Source: the human T2T-CHM13v2.0 reference genome, Homo sapiens. Taken from it: a DNA stretch of 64,000 bases. Numbering within the stretch: position 1 is the stretch's first letter; each line of letters starts with the position of its first letter. The stretch lies in the NCBI RefSeq assembly GCF_009914755.1, contig NC_060944.1, one strand, 5' to 3'. The notes under the pieces are model-generated. The model did no database searches and was not told where the DNA came from. It saw only the letters and a list, made by a program, of their open reading frames with translations. Positions 1 to 13,815 of this stretch are shown here, piece after piece. The position numbers and the translations under genes are program-made.

Positions 1-555
<555 letters not shown>

Positions 556-1527
556 CTAAATTTCTATTCAACATTTTAGAAATCCCTAAGGGAAGGAGAC
601 TTTTGTATCCTCAAGTGCTTGAGGTCTATAACATCACTGACAAAAGAACACATTCTAGAAGAACCAGATAGAATATGTGCACCCTTGAGACTGGAATAGC
701 TGCATCATTGAAGCAAGTCCATATCAGCTTCCACCTCCATGGTAATACTTGGGATGCATAGATGTAGAATCTAGTCTCAGAAGACAATGTGATTCTTTAG
801 CCCATTCAATTTGTTCATCCATTATTTTTTGTATGCATCATCTCAACCCTATAGGGGGCAGTTAATGGGTTCGGTTTCATGTTTCAGATCCCCTTGACTT
901 TGTTTGTATGTATATCACAGTGTTTATATAGTCAGATCTTTCAGGGACTGAAGCAAGCCCCGAAAAGACAAAGTGCATCATTAGCTGGGTTTTTCAGGAT
1001 TTCGTGGCCAGTGTAAAACAAAAGTGGGAGAGTGATAGGGCAGAAAGTGCTCTATTATTTCTGTTGTCAACAAAGACTCAGTTACCTGGACTGAGAGCAC
1101 TGCCCTTCCCAGCCTGCAGGAAGACTCAACGCCGGGGTCCTATGATGCACAAGTGAGAGAAGGGGGATGTTTTGCCTGAGAAGGTATGACTCTGGGGGCC
1201 AAGCAGGAGGGGATGAGCTGTCACATGGGAGAGATGCAGGCTAAGAACTAAAACTAATGAATGGAAGTTACAGAGAGGTAAGAAATTTTTTTCCAAGAAC
1301 TGCCTGGGACAAACACAGCTACTCCAGGAAGCCACTTCACTGCTGAAGGTGTTTTGTGCAAAGGTGTGCTGGCAGTTAAAGAGGAATGCTGCAGATAAGA
1401 TTCAGCTCCATAAAAGAGTGTGAAGATGTCTCTCATCCCTGAAGTTTATAGGATGCTCCCCACAAAGAACTGCAGATTTCCTTTCTAACTCATTGACTGG
1501 AGCTCAGGGACACCATGGGTTGAAGCT

Positions 1528-1705
1528 ATGGCTCTGGAGGGAACTAGCTTAGACTTACATCCTGGTCCTGATATTTACTTGCTGTATTATATTAATTCTG
1601 CACTTCAGTTTCTCCGTCTGTAAAACAGGGGAAAGAACAGTGTCTCTCTCATAGGGGTAAGTGTGAAATCAAATCATTCAACCCATGTAAAGTGAATTGA
1701 GCTTC
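1528..1705 (+). mobile_element. MIR
   Basis: Core cttcagtttctccgtctgtaaaacagggg. Confidence 0.7.
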
Positions 1706-2939
1706 TTATTCCTATTGGCTATGTGGTGATTGACATCGGAGCTCCCAAACAGTTCAATGGGAGAAGGTTGCAAATGAATTCTGCACTCAGATGCTCACTC
1801 AAACGTCTTGAGAACTAGGAGAACCCAGGGGACCCTGTGACAAATTTTCAACACCATTTGGTCCAGCCAAAGGGTTGTTTCAGACTGGCTTTCTCAGTGC
1901 TTGAGAGAGAATCTAAATATTTCTCAAGGCATGCATTACAAAATGTTCAAGTAGCTGCTCTATTTTTGAGAACATGCACATAAGACAGGCCCACAACATT
2001 GGGGGATGTTCGAGAAAAGAAGGGAGACCGTGAGCCCAGGTCCAATTAGGGATCAGCACCTTCTGTGTCCCCGATCTTTACATGGATAATGAAGGACTGG
2101 GGAGCCGCGGTTGTGGGCTGATACCATGGCAACCCCTCTTCCATGATTGTCACATACAGATGAGTGAGTTTTTAATCTCAACATCAGTCCTGAATCTCAT
2201 TCATTATTTTTAAGCCCTAAACCAGAAAATAAATATTGCTTGTCTTTCTGCCTTTGCCTAATAAGTAACTAAAGTTTACATAAAGACTTGGCTTACTTTG
2301 GTTGTTTCTCTGTTGGGTGTGTGATGTCCAAATTTAATTAAAGGCCATGCTGTCGGCTATAAACTCCTTTAGTGAGAGAAAATGACAGGAAGGCCCAGAT
2401 TTTTTTTTTACGAGGCTTGTGTTGATTGAGTTAAAGCATGTGTTCTAACTGAGCTCCCTTGGAATGAGCCGTGCATTGTTCCATGCCACCTGGCTGCAAA
2501 ACAAACACAAGGAATTTGGCTCTGACATGAAGAAACCCTCAGTATTAGGGAAATGGAGCTGCATTCCACATGGAAGCATGGCAACCTCGGGCTCTGTTCC
2601 TCCCCCTTTGCCCTCTCACCAGACCCCTGTGCATCTCTGTTCTTTCCAGGAGAGGGAGAAATAAAAAATATCTCAATAGAAATGGAAACCAGTGTTGGGT
2701 TTTTTTGTTTTGTTTTGTTTTTCTAGCAGGGTACACCACTCACTCAACCATACCAAATATAAGTGTGCGAGGCTTGGAATGAAGAAAGAAATGGTTACTT
2801 TTTAAAAGCTAGCAATATTAACAGGTGAATGTCATAGGCCATGAGTCTGAATGTGTCAGAAAAGAACTGCAAGTCATTAGACAAGACCAGTAGTCCTCCT
2901 GGAGGGAGGCAGTGAACCTCAGGACTGTGGGCACTGGCC

Positions 2940-3090
2940 TGCCTTTGTCTTGGGTATTGACTTGCTGAGTGGCCTCTAGGAACTTAATTAAGTTCCTGGA
3001 TTCCTCTTTTGACAAATCCAGATTACAAACAATAACCACCATGGCCAGTGCTCTTGAATTCATATGATAGTAGAGCATTATAAAATCAGA
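2940..3090 (+). mobile_element. MIR fragment
   Basis: Degenerate core (gacttgctgagtggcctctagg..ttcctcttttgacaaa). Confidence 0.45.
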
Positions 3091-3995
3091 ATTCTACTTA
3101 AGAGCTGATAATTATGTAGGAGAGAAGAGCATGCTGACTGGGGCAAAGGGGCCAGGGGGTTAACTTTTCACGGTTCAAGAGTTGATAAAAAGCATATGAA
3201 TTACAGGCCAGTGAGAAGGACATTTTTATGATTATTTGGAAATTTTTGACTCCATCCGGAACGGAGTTGAAACATTCAGGTCCGCAGGGTGTGAGTAGAC
3301 AGTTGGCTTATGATCTCAGCAGTCAGGATGTGTCATTTCTGTTTCCTAAAAGGCTCCCGATAAATGCTTTCTGGAAGGTGCCAGTGAAAGACATTTGGAA
3401 TTTAACAGAGACAGCAACAGCAGGTTCGGGGCTTATCTCGGGCTGCATTGTAGATCAATCCTGGGCACAGTGGAAGGAACACTGTTACAAAAGAGCCATT
3501 TCTAAGAAGGCTTCACTTCAAAGGAGATCACCCACAGCAGAGGAGCTGATGCAGAGCTGAATAAATAATGAAAAATACAATAAAGATCAAATCTGATAGG
3601 GATTTGAATTATATGCCAGGAAAATATTTTTGATGAAAATGAAATGGTAGGGAGGGTTAGAGACAGATTGAAGAATTCATAATCAGAACTGCTCACGACC
3701 TGCATCGCTTAGTCCTGTACAATTTTGAGGCTCCATGAGAAGGCAGTTAGTGAAAAATATATCAGTCTTTTCTCTGAAATTCGAGGTCATCCTTATCTTG
3801 AGACTGCCCAGGAGTTCCTACTCCCTACTCTCCTCAGCCCCCACTGTAGTGCAGGAAAACTCTGGCCCTGATGGAGCCATTTGCAAAGATGTTACGGAAG
3901 AAGCTGCTGTGGCCACCCCTGCAGAGCCAGGCACAGATCTAGGACTTCAAGGCAGATAGTTCCTGTTCATAGTAGACCAGCCAGAGCCAGCTTTT

Positions 3996-4062
3996 GGGTA
4001 TCTCTCCAGCCCTGAAGTATCTCTCCATCACCAATGATGGGTATCTCTCCATCACCAGTGAT
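3996..4062. repeat. Short tandem duplication of gtatctctcca(tcacca.tgat)
   Basis: Copies start at 3998, 4017 and 4041. Confidence 0.85.
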
Positions 4063-4158
4063 CCCCAAGAGGTGATGTCCTTCCTGGCCTTCAGCCATGT
4101 TTGTTCAGTGGGACCTCAAGCCTCTTTCCTTCCACTGATGGGTTTGGGATATAGACCA

Positions 4159-4720
4159 TGAGAAAAGAGAGTGGGGGGAAAGAGAAAAGGAAAGAAACAA
4201 AGAGAAGAAGAGAAGGAGGAAGGGGAGAGGAAAGAGAGAGGAGAGAGATGTAGGAGAAAGGAGAGAAAAAGGACAGGGAGAGAAGGAGAGAAAGAGAGAG
4301 AGGCAGAAAAGGAGAGAGAGGGGATGAGAGAAAGAAGGAGAAAGAAAGAGGGGGTGAGAGAGAAGGAGAGAGAAAGGGGATGATAGAGAGAAGGAGAGAG
4401 AAAAGGGGTGAGAGAAGAAGAGAGAAAGGGGGCGTGAGAGAAGGTGAGAGAAAAAAGGAGATAAAAGGATAGAGGGAGAGAGAAAAGGGGATAGAGAGGG
4501 AGAAATGATAAAAGAGAGAAAAAGAGATGTGAGGAAGGGAGAGAGAAAAACAGGAAAAGAGAAAAAGATGGTGAGGGAGAACACATGCTAGAATAAGGCA
4601 GATACAGATGAAATGAGAAATAGTGAAAGAGTGAGACAGTGAGGGGGAAATAAAGGAAAAGGAGAGAGGATAGAGAGAGAAGTGGATAGCGAGAGAGAGA
4701 GAGATGGTGATGGAGACTGA
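4159..4720. repeat. GA-rich polypurine low-complexity tract (~560 bp)
   Basis: Overwhelmingly G/A on the + strand; source of spurious S/L/F/P-rich ORFs. Confidence 0.95.
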
Positions 4721-6775
4721 GACAAAGACGGTGAGACCCAGGTACAGACGCAGAGTGACAAGAGTTGGGAAGAGGCCAGAGGGGGCCAAACGTGATGCTT
4801 GGGTGGCCTCTCTGCTCTTGAGAGGATATTGGCAGTGTCTCCAGCCCTGTGCACATGTCCCACTGCCATAGCAAATCCAGAGGCTCCGCTCTGCTGTGGT
4901 TCTATCTGCCGTTACACAAACTATGAGGCAGCCCTGCCCATGCAGAGAACATAGTCATGTGGCCTTTCTTGTTTTATCATCCCTTCACTCTTTCTTACAG
5001 GCTCTCCCCCATCCTCAGCTTCTGTTTGAAGGACCTGCAAATTATTCTTGAAGGACAGATGTGATGCTGTGCTGGGAACTGCTCTCCTCCTCAAACTCTG
5101 GCCTGTTTCCTTTTCATGAAGCCTGGGAGCCTCTATTCTCCCTTTTTATGATGGTTCTTTTTCAGGAGGTTTCTGAGTCCCACCAGCAAACAGACCCGGG
5201 TGGGCTATCCTGCCAGGCTGACAGTGAGACAGAGATGGACCCACAAGGGCCCCTGCTGCCTCGTCTGCCATCCCACAGCTTACCCGCCAGCTGGGCTTAT
5301 TGGAAGCTTTCCTTTAAATTTCACTGTCTCACATTCCAGACCTTCCTCATTTCCTTGGGCCAGTGGGCTCAATGCCCTGGTAGCTGGGCTGTCTCCCTCT
5401 TACATATGCACATTATTTTACAAAGAAGCAATCTAGCCAGAGCAGGTATATTGAAAATAGAGTTTATTGGAGTTGCTGATTGTGGATGCTTGCAGAGGGC
5501 TCTTTCTTATTTTTCTAAAAGTTGCATTGCTTCAGTTGCGAATCAAGGTCCCTTGATCACCATGCCTCCTCTTGCCTCATGCTCAGTTTTTCTTATTCTT
5601 TTCTTCTCTTTCATCCAACTGCTTTCTCCAGACTTCAACTCTTATATCTAAGCACTTTGGGCCTTTGGTGCTGTTTTGAGGCAGACTAACTAGAGTAGAA
5701 TTCACTGGCATTAAAACAGTAGATCCAGCAAAGTCTGGTGGAAATAAATAGTGTAGATTAGTGGAAGGAATATGAGGAATTGGTAAAAGATTCATGCCTC
5801 TATGGAGGACATGCTTTGCTGAATTTCTGGAGAATCCGTGGTCTTCTCTAGAATTGTGTGTCTTTCATCATCACCCAGAGAGACAAGCTTTTTTGCTCTT
5901 CATGGAATCTGGTATATAATGCAACAGAGCTCCATTATTAGTGGAGAAGATGTACAGACAAAAATAAAAACAGGGGCAGCGTGCATTTTGGTAGGGTCTT
6001 CTATTTCATCCTAACACACAAGCGTCTTACACCTCTTTGCCTTTTCCCAAAAGGCATATATGTTTTAGAGGCAATTCCAGTGAGTAAATTATTCATCTGA
6101 AGACAAGGAAGATATAGAATAGTTAGAGTTTTATTATAATTTTTTTATACTGCAAGGGAGATTTTTCTTTGTCTCCTAACCAAAAATAGCCCAGCTATTG
6201 CCAAATGAAAATTTCTTCCACATATCCTTCTCTTGCCAAAACCCTTAATAAAATTTTGTTTAAAAAATCAGTGTGAACCATGAAACAGTAAAACTCATTC
6301 TAATGTATGAAAACATGTATATACTGCAAAGTCTTCTTCTTTTCCAAGTGGCCTGAAGGTGGCTTTGCTGCAAACAGTGCCTTTTGGGCATAAGAAGCCC
6401 TAAGAATCCAGAGACAGTTGAGAAAACCTATTTTCTTTCCTGTCTACTCAGTATTTGGGGAAGACAAAAAATGAGAACATAAAGAAAGGCAAGCTCCCCA
6501 AGCTTACAAAAGATTCCATCTCTGGTGATCCTGTGAGCCCCAAAATAATAGAAGTTTTGAAATCAGTGTAGCTCATTTCTAGACAATGGAGGGGATTGTG
6601 GCAATAGTTCAGCATCTGTCCTCGGTTATTTCTGAAAGGATAGATAGTATCGTAGAAAAACAATCCATACAGGAACGCTTGAACAAACAATTACAAGCAT
6701 CATAAAGCAAGCAGGTCTGGAATCGATCCCAGCAACCATTTCCCATTCTCACTCTTCTTTAACTTTGCCTGTTAG

Positions 6776-6835
6776 GTGGTTTTCGAATTCAACCTTCTGT
6801 GAGTGTTTTTAATGGTACACTATCAATTACCCCAG
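6776..6835 (+). other. Candidate 60-nt cassette exon
   Basis: Pyrimidine-rich acceptor ttctcactcttctttaactttgcctgttag, donor CAG|gtaagg, one open frame. Confidence 0.3.
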
Positions 6836-6965
6836 GTAAGGAATGTCTATGCCCGGTTCTCTCTCAATAAAGCAAAATATCACATCATTAAGTAGTTTTC
6901 CTCTCTGATTTGTGGTTAGAGTAACCTAAAGAGGGAGGGAAGTAGGGAACTGTGTAGCTGTCATG

Positions 6966-6966
<1 letters not shown>

Positions 6967-7004
<38 letters not shown>
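6967..7004. repeat. (AC)19 microsatellite
   Basis: Direct reading. Confidence 0.97.
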
Positions 7005-7007
<3 letters not shown>

Positions 7008-7116
7008 TGCATGCAAGAAAAACAAACAAAAATAATACATAAATAAAAATAATCTTTTCTTTGCTAGAACATTTCTCCCTGGAGTAACTGCTGAGGAGAA
7101 TCTCTATCCTGTCTTC

Positions 7117-7156
7117 TGTGTGTGTTTGTGTGTGTGTATGTGTGTGTGTATGTGTG
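7117..7156. repeat. Imperfect (TG)n microsatellite
   Basis: Direct reading. Confidence 0.93.
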
Positions 7157-7559
7157 CACACTCTGCTCTGCCTTCACGTTCCTCTCTGAGCACACTGTAC
7201 GTCTCCTGCCACATGCATACACACGGGACATTCTGTCTGGACTCATGGGACAAGATTACTTGCATGCCAACTCACTGCCTCAGGAGACTTCCTGTTTATA
7301 TTCAACCACGCATGGGCCCTTATAAAGTCATAATTCTTGCCACCAATTGAACATCTTGTTGGAATATTTATCCACTTTGCTTTAGCTGGAAAACAAGTTT
7401 TTCCATATTGCAAGAAATAAGTGCAGTAACTTGATGGTGTTTAATTGCACTAATTTTGGATTTGGGGGTGACCTGGATTATACAGATCCTACTTCCATGA
7501 TGTATATTTATGGGTACCTCTTCCACCAGCTGTTCAACGTTCTCTACAACCTGACCTGC

Positions 7560-8019
7560 TTACATGTTAATCTCACCTTCTACCCTCAACCTTGTTCCCC
7601 ATGCTGTAGCCTGGAAGGCTTATTTGGATACCATACTAATCATCTTCCCACTTCAGCATCCTCCAACTTACCCTCTTCGTCACCTGGACTGTTCTTCCTT
7701 CAAAATCTGTATCTGACTCATTTCTTATCATTCTGATGTCATTGAAATGTCATTTCCTTAAAGAGACTTTCTTTGACCACTATAATGTCCTCTCCTTCAT
7801 TCTACTTTCAACAGCATAACCCCATTTAATTTTCTTCTATCAGATTTCAGTCTCTGTCAGATTGACTTATGTCGTTGCACGTTTGTCATCAGTCTCTTTT
7901 ATGGAATATGGTTTGTTTGTGGTCTGAGCCTTATAGTCTTATTCACCTGTGTGTTCTCAATGCCAAGGAGAAGGTTTGAAACAGAGTAGATATCATAAAT
8001 ATTTAATGAATGAATGAAT
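7560..8019 (+). mobile_element. L2 3' portion
   Basis: Ends in the L2 terminus ataaatatttaatgaatgaatgaat. Confidence 0.7.
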
Positions 8020-8123
8020 TTATAAATACACAAAACCAAATCGTGTGCTAACCACTTTATCAAGCTAAACTTGATAAATCACTACAAAAATCTTATTGGG
8101 GAGGTACCATTATTATATTTGCC

Positions 8124-8515
8124 TTGTTAGAACTTAGGTTTGGCTGCATGTGACAGAAAATCTCAAAGTAGAGGCTTAAAATTAGATGGACATTTATGTT
8201 TCATTCATATAAAAGCATTTTGGGTGTTCCAGATGTCATCTGCTCTACCATCCTCACGGTCTTAAGATGGCCACTAGGGGTCCAGCCATCACTTCTGTTT
8301 CTAGACAAGAGGATGGAGGTGGGAATAAAAAAGGATAATGCCTCTCTCCCTTTAAGTTCCATGATAGTCCTCGCAATGTGTCTCATTGGCCATTATTTAG
8401 ACATATACCATACCTACTTATAAGCTGGAAAACATAACTCAGGGCAGGAATGTGCTTACCCAAAACAAAAACAAGATCTTGTTCCTAAGAAGGAAAGGAA
8501 CCAGCCCTCTACACT
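8124..8515 (-). mobile_element. Old MaLR LTR (MLT1J-like)
   Basis: taggtttggctgcatgtgacagaaaatctcaaagtagaggcttaaa resembles an MLT1 end in reverse. Confidence 0.55.
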
Positions 8516-8874
8516 GCATCCCCATTGACTCTCACAGAGAGAAAGTGACTCTGGCAAAGTCACACAGCTAATATAGCATACAGTGCTGAGATAGAAACCC
8601 TAACATCGTTACATCCCCACCACCTCCAGCATCTAAACCTCCCCCACTTACCCAGTAATATAGTACACAGAGAATCATCCCTCTCTGCAGGGATCTTTGG
8701 TAGACTGTGGAGCCAAGGTTGAAGCTTCTTTCTTCATAGTCCCCAAATCCAGGGAGAATCCTAGTAATTGTCAGATGGGCCTGCATAGAGTCTGCATTCA
8801 CCCTTCCCCTCCTCAGCCTCACTCAGCAACCTCTTTCCTTCTGTTTTCTTACATAAATTCTCTTTTGTCTTAAC

Positions 8875-9400
<526 letters not shown>

Positions 9401-10900
9401 TACAAGCCTTCTCCAATTCAAACACCACCTTGCCTTTAATGTCTTCATCACCATGTTTAAAGCACATTCTCGTGACTCAAAATAAATGATTGTCTCTGAG
9501 CTGAAGGGGAATGATGTCTTATTTTACCTGAACCACAGATCAGTTGCTGCACCGGAATGGTGGACAGTTGCCTCCTCCTAGCGTGAAATTACAGTCAATG
9601 ACCCAGAGGCAAGAGGGTCCCCATATCATCACAGAGCCCTGAGACTCTCAATCTCTGTAGGGATGAATGTGGAATTTTTCTGTTGCTTCTGTGTTTCCGT
9701 AACTGTTTACATACTGTGTCATGTTAATGCATTCTGCCATACCATTTTTCTCCAATTATCTGAGCTTTTGCAGGAACTCTGAGGTAGTGAGACATACATT
9801 GAAGATGTTCCAAAGAAATGAATGGAGGAGTTTTCTCTGCAAATCCTTTTTCTCTGAAAAACTCGGAAAAGCTCACTGCCTCATCTTGCATGTGAGCACT
9901 CCACTCTGAATTCTGAAAAGCAGCAAAAGAGAAAACAGAATCTGGCAGAGGAGAGATGAATATTACAGAAATTGTATTTTAAAAGATATTGTTATCGGGG
10001 TAAAATAGGTGGGAAGAAACCTCATGAGTTCCCTAAGAAAATATCTTTCAAAAGTTAAAAAGATACTCTTACTTATAGTAAGTAAGCTGGAACCAATACA
10101 GCAAGGCTGTGTAAATATATAATATGTGGTATTAAGGACAGGCTGAATGCATGGCTAGGCCTTTATTTTTAAGAAATGTGTATTTAATGCATTGCACTTG
10201 CTCCTTCAGCTTTGTTACACTCTGTTGGATTAAGAGGTAACTTAGCAGGCAAGCTAATTTGAAATCACATACACATGCGATATAAATGGTAGACATGGCT
10301 TTCAGAAGTATTATTTGCTGTTCACAAATCCATATTATGCAAATATCAAAAGAATGACTGGTATTCTCTTGTAGTCAACATTTTTTAAATTGTACTGGTT
10401 CCACACTGCCTCAACAGCTCCTGCTTCTTTTTCTCGGGGTTTCTTTTGTGATTCACACTGGACTGTCTCACTGTTCTGAGCTGATAGGATCCTATTATTA
10501 TTTACTTCTTCCTTTCAACACACCCCTGAGGCAGTTCAAAGGTGAATTCACCATTATTAGGTATTAATTCACAGCAAAAACACAGGCTTATCATTTTTAA
10601 AATCTGTTGTCAGGACTCACACTGGTTTTACAATATCACCTTGTCACAACAAGAACTAAACCTTCTGATGAGCCCCAAGCCTGAATTTCTCACCATCATA
10701 AATAGTATGGGGACATATTTAACATTTATTGATAGAGAATGGCTAAAATGTATTAAGGTGGAAATTTGTGCTGAAAAGTCTTCGTATTTTAGTTCCTTTA
10801 ATCCTTAAAACAATCTTGGGAGCTACGTGTTATTTTATGACTCCTATTTTACAAAAAGTCAACTGAGGCTTGGAGAAATTCTCTGGTTAAGGTTACATAG

Positions 10901-11285
10901 TGATATGGTTAGGCTTTGTGTCTCCACCCAAATCTCATCTTGAATTGTAATCCCCATAATCCATATAGTCCGCACGTATCGAGGGAGAGACCAGGTGGAG
11001 GTAATTGGATCATGGGGGCAGTTCCCCCATGCTTTTATGATAGTGAGTGTGTTCTCATGAGATCTGATGGTTTTAGAAGGGGCTCTTCTCCCTTCGATTG
11101 GCACTTCTCTTTCCTGCAGCCTTGTGAAAAAGGTGCCTTGCTTCCCCTTCGCCTTCCACCATGATTGTTAAGTTTCATGAGGCCTCCCCAGCCATGCTGA
11201 ACTGTGAGTCAGTTAAACCTCTTTCCTTTGTAAATTACTCAGTGTCAGGCAGTTCTTTACAGTAGCGTGAAAACGGACTAATACA
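10901..11285 (+). mobile_element. THE1D-like solo LTR inserted in a MIR
   Basis: tgatatggtt...actaataca ends; 5-bp TSD catag/cacag; MIR halves at ~10800-10900 and ~11290-11370. Confidence 0.9.
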
Positions 11286-11399
11286 CACAGCACAGACATA
11301 GTGCAGCCTTATTTGGAACCCAGACTGTTTGGCTCCAGAATCCATACTGTGTGTCCTTCACCTGACCATATTGCATCTCATTCTGTGGTATCGTTTACT

Positions 11400-12640
<1,241 letters not shown>

Positions 12641-12649
12641 TATTTAAGA

Positions 12650-13040
12650 AGCATCATCTCACTCTACATGAGCTCCAGCCACAAGCCTTCTTGCTATCAC
12701 TTGAATAAGTCCAATACAGGACTCCACAGGACCTTGGGCCTCCTTTTTCTGCTCCTGGAATGCTTTCCTTCATCTTTGCCTGGCTGGCCTCCTCATTTAT
12801 TTCTCATCTCTGTGGCAATGTCCATTCTTATCATTGTGGCCTTCCCTGACCATGTTATACAATTCCTCAATACTTCCTATCAACCTTAGTGAGCTCCATG
12901 GCATACACATCTGAGAAATTCTGAAATCACTTCTTTGTTGTATAATAGTGTAACATTAGGGACTTTGTCATTTGTGTTCATTGCTCTTTCTCACGCGACA
13001 GTGTTTGACACATAAAATGTGCTCATTAAATAAAGGAGCA
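12650..13040 (+). mobile_element. L2 3' portion
   Basis: gctccagccac..ctggaatgctttcc..acagtgtttgacacataaaatgtgctcattaaata. Confidence 0.7.
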
Positions 13041-13064
13041 AATAGATACATAGATGAACAGGTA

Positions 13065-13116
13065 GATGGATGGGTGGATGGATGGTGGATGGATGGATGG
13101 ATGGATGGATGGATGG
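13065..13116. repeat. (GGAT)n microsatellite
   Basis: Direct reading; probably expanded from the L2 tail. Confidence 0.93.
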
Positions 13117-13400
13117 GTGAAAGAGTGACTCTTATTAAACTTATCCCTTAATGAGACCATTAGAGAGATGGAATGTTTCCACTGAGAGATGAGAAAAAGG
13201 ATGTCCTAAACAGATTAGAAACTTGTCTAAATTTATCCTATCTGTTAAAACTCTTTACTTAGTCTATAAAGAGGAAACCAAATAAAAATGGCTTATGTAA
13301 TAGAGGAAATTTATTGACTCAGGTCACTGGATAGTCCAGAAGTAGAACAGCCTCAGAATAGCTTGTTTTAGAAGCTGAAGAATGTATCTGGAACTGGATC

Positions 13401-13604
13401 TGTTTCTTTCTTTCTTTGCTTTTTTCTTTTCTCCTCCCCTCCCCTTCCCTCCCCTTCCCTCCCCTCCCCTCCCCTTCCCTCCCCTCCCCTCCCTTCCCTT
13501 CCCTTCCTCTTTCTTTCTTTTCTTTCTTTCTCTCTTTCTCTTTCTCCTTCTTTTTCCTTTCTTCTTTCTTTCCTTCTTTCTTTCTTTCTTTCTTTCTTCT
13601 TTTT
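13401..13604. repeat. Compound (CCCCT/CCCTT)n-(CTTT)n polypyrimidine tract
   Basis: Direct reading. Confidence 0.95.
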
Positions 13605-13815
13605 CAGTGTTCAAACATTTTATTAAATCGGATAGCATTGTTATTTCCACATTGTTGCACATACTGACTTGTATTCAATTATAAGAGTATAGCACATGTT
13701 TACAAAGGTATGGCTGAGCAGTCAGTTGGTAAGTTTAAAATTTCAAGAGCGCTCCAAGAGCAAACACAGTAAAGACCATGCAAGTTCCAGAGTCGTGAAT
13801 TATGACAGAGCTCAC
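13605..13815 (-). pseudogene. Candidate 5'-truncated retrocopy or orphan 3' transduction
   Basis: Minus-strand AATAAA (13619-13624) lies 14 nt before an A-rich tail; body not recognised as a repeat; interrupts an MLT1. Confidence 0.45.

Noticed and set aside
4091-4874. 232-aa, 252-aa and 159-aa ORFs
   Set aside because: Translations of the GA-rich tract, which lacks stop codons because of its composition
5061-5651. 196-aa ORF
   Set aside because: Starts at GTG, has no recognisable domain or gene structure; chance length is plausible
8056-8078. 9-bp stem hairpin tttatcaag/cttgataaa (also a 12-bp palindrome at 35084-35095)
   Set aside because: Short and AT-rich; expected by chance in 64 kb
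13324-13684. K/R/G-rich and P/F/S-rich ORFs
   Set aside because: Microsatellite translations
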